Source: an uncultured Acidobacteriaceae bacterium (GTDB taxonomy: Bacteria; Acidobacteriota; Terriglobia; Terriglobales; Acidobacteriaceae). From it: a DNA stretch of 64,000 nucleotides. The notes under the pieces were generated by a model. The model ran no database searches, was not told the origin of the DNA, and was given only the letters and a program-made list of their open reading frames with translations. The translations under genes were made by a program, and so were the position numbers. Within the stretch, counting starts at the first letter, position 1. Every line of letters starts with the position of its first letter. The stretch lies in contig CAWAFB010000026.1 in NCBI GenBank assembly GCA_963781245.1, forward strand, positions 17,304 to 81,303, given 5' to 3'. Of the stretch, positions 63,797 through 64,000 are shown one piece after another.

Positions 63797-64000
63797 AAAT
63801 GTCCGGATAGCAGGAGATCCTTCATGCGACATGACGGAATGCGCCGGGAATCGACGCCTGCTCGCGGCCGCAACAATTGAAGTGAGCTGGAGAGAAGAGC
63901 CCTTCGAAGAGTCCTGGCTTGAGTTCCTTCAGGAGCGCCACAACTTCAGATGTAGCCATCGCCGATGTATCCGCGCCAGTGCCTTTCATCCTTGTGCCTT

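Noticed and set aside
63823-63989. Minus-strand ORF of about 55 aa at the window end (MKGTGADTSAMATSEVVALLKELKPG...)
   Set aside because: It is short, has no motif, abuts the window edge and lies next to the intron 3' end. It cannot be evaluated.

Overview
This is a high-GC bacterial chromosome segment. It is probably Acidobacteriota, inferred from an ADOP-type duplicated orphan permease and two CarboxypepD_reg-type TonB-dependent receptors. Positions 1-25.8 kb look like ordinary core genome: murein-peptide recycling (mpl-ldcA-dapF), mtnP, a ygfZ-like gene, ribF, a glutaredoxin, an S9 peptidase, a YafY/WYL regulator, GT-C membrane proteins, a TonB receptor with two AhpD-like genes, and an orphan ABC ATPase. 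Positions 25.8-62.3 kb look accessory and seem lower in GC by eye (not computed). The main observation is a tRNA(CAT) that appears split in its anticodon loop. Its 3' half lies at 25817-25861 and its 5' half at 62285-62322, about 36.4 kb apart. The same core, ACTCATAAT, occurs a third time at 42164-42171. The arm sequences at the three sites combine as B'-O-P, P'-O-P and P'-O-B. That pattern fits two related islands integrated in tandem (about 16.3 and 20.1 kb). Each island carries its own complete, near-identical 77-nt tRNA(CAT) exactly 77 nt from the core. All integrase genes present are truncated or frameshifted. Island 1 carries two large sensor kinases and a cluster of exported proteins of unknown function (DUF3300, DUF2950, DUF4136, OmpA). 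Island 2 carries an L-fucoside / L-fucose utilisation locus: GH29, GH42, a TonB receptor, rhaM-like mutarotase, a GntR regulator, SDR, fucD, a lactonase-like amidohydrolase, galM and a PQQ-cytochrome c dehydrogenase. A repeated putative operator is associated with this locus. Two diverged ORF-less group II intron-like ribozymes (42983-43840 and 62953-63796) have clear domain V and VI with compensatory substitutions. Each sits just downstream of a stem-loop. No CRISPR arrays or rRNA genes were seen. All homology statements come from reading the translations, not from database searches.
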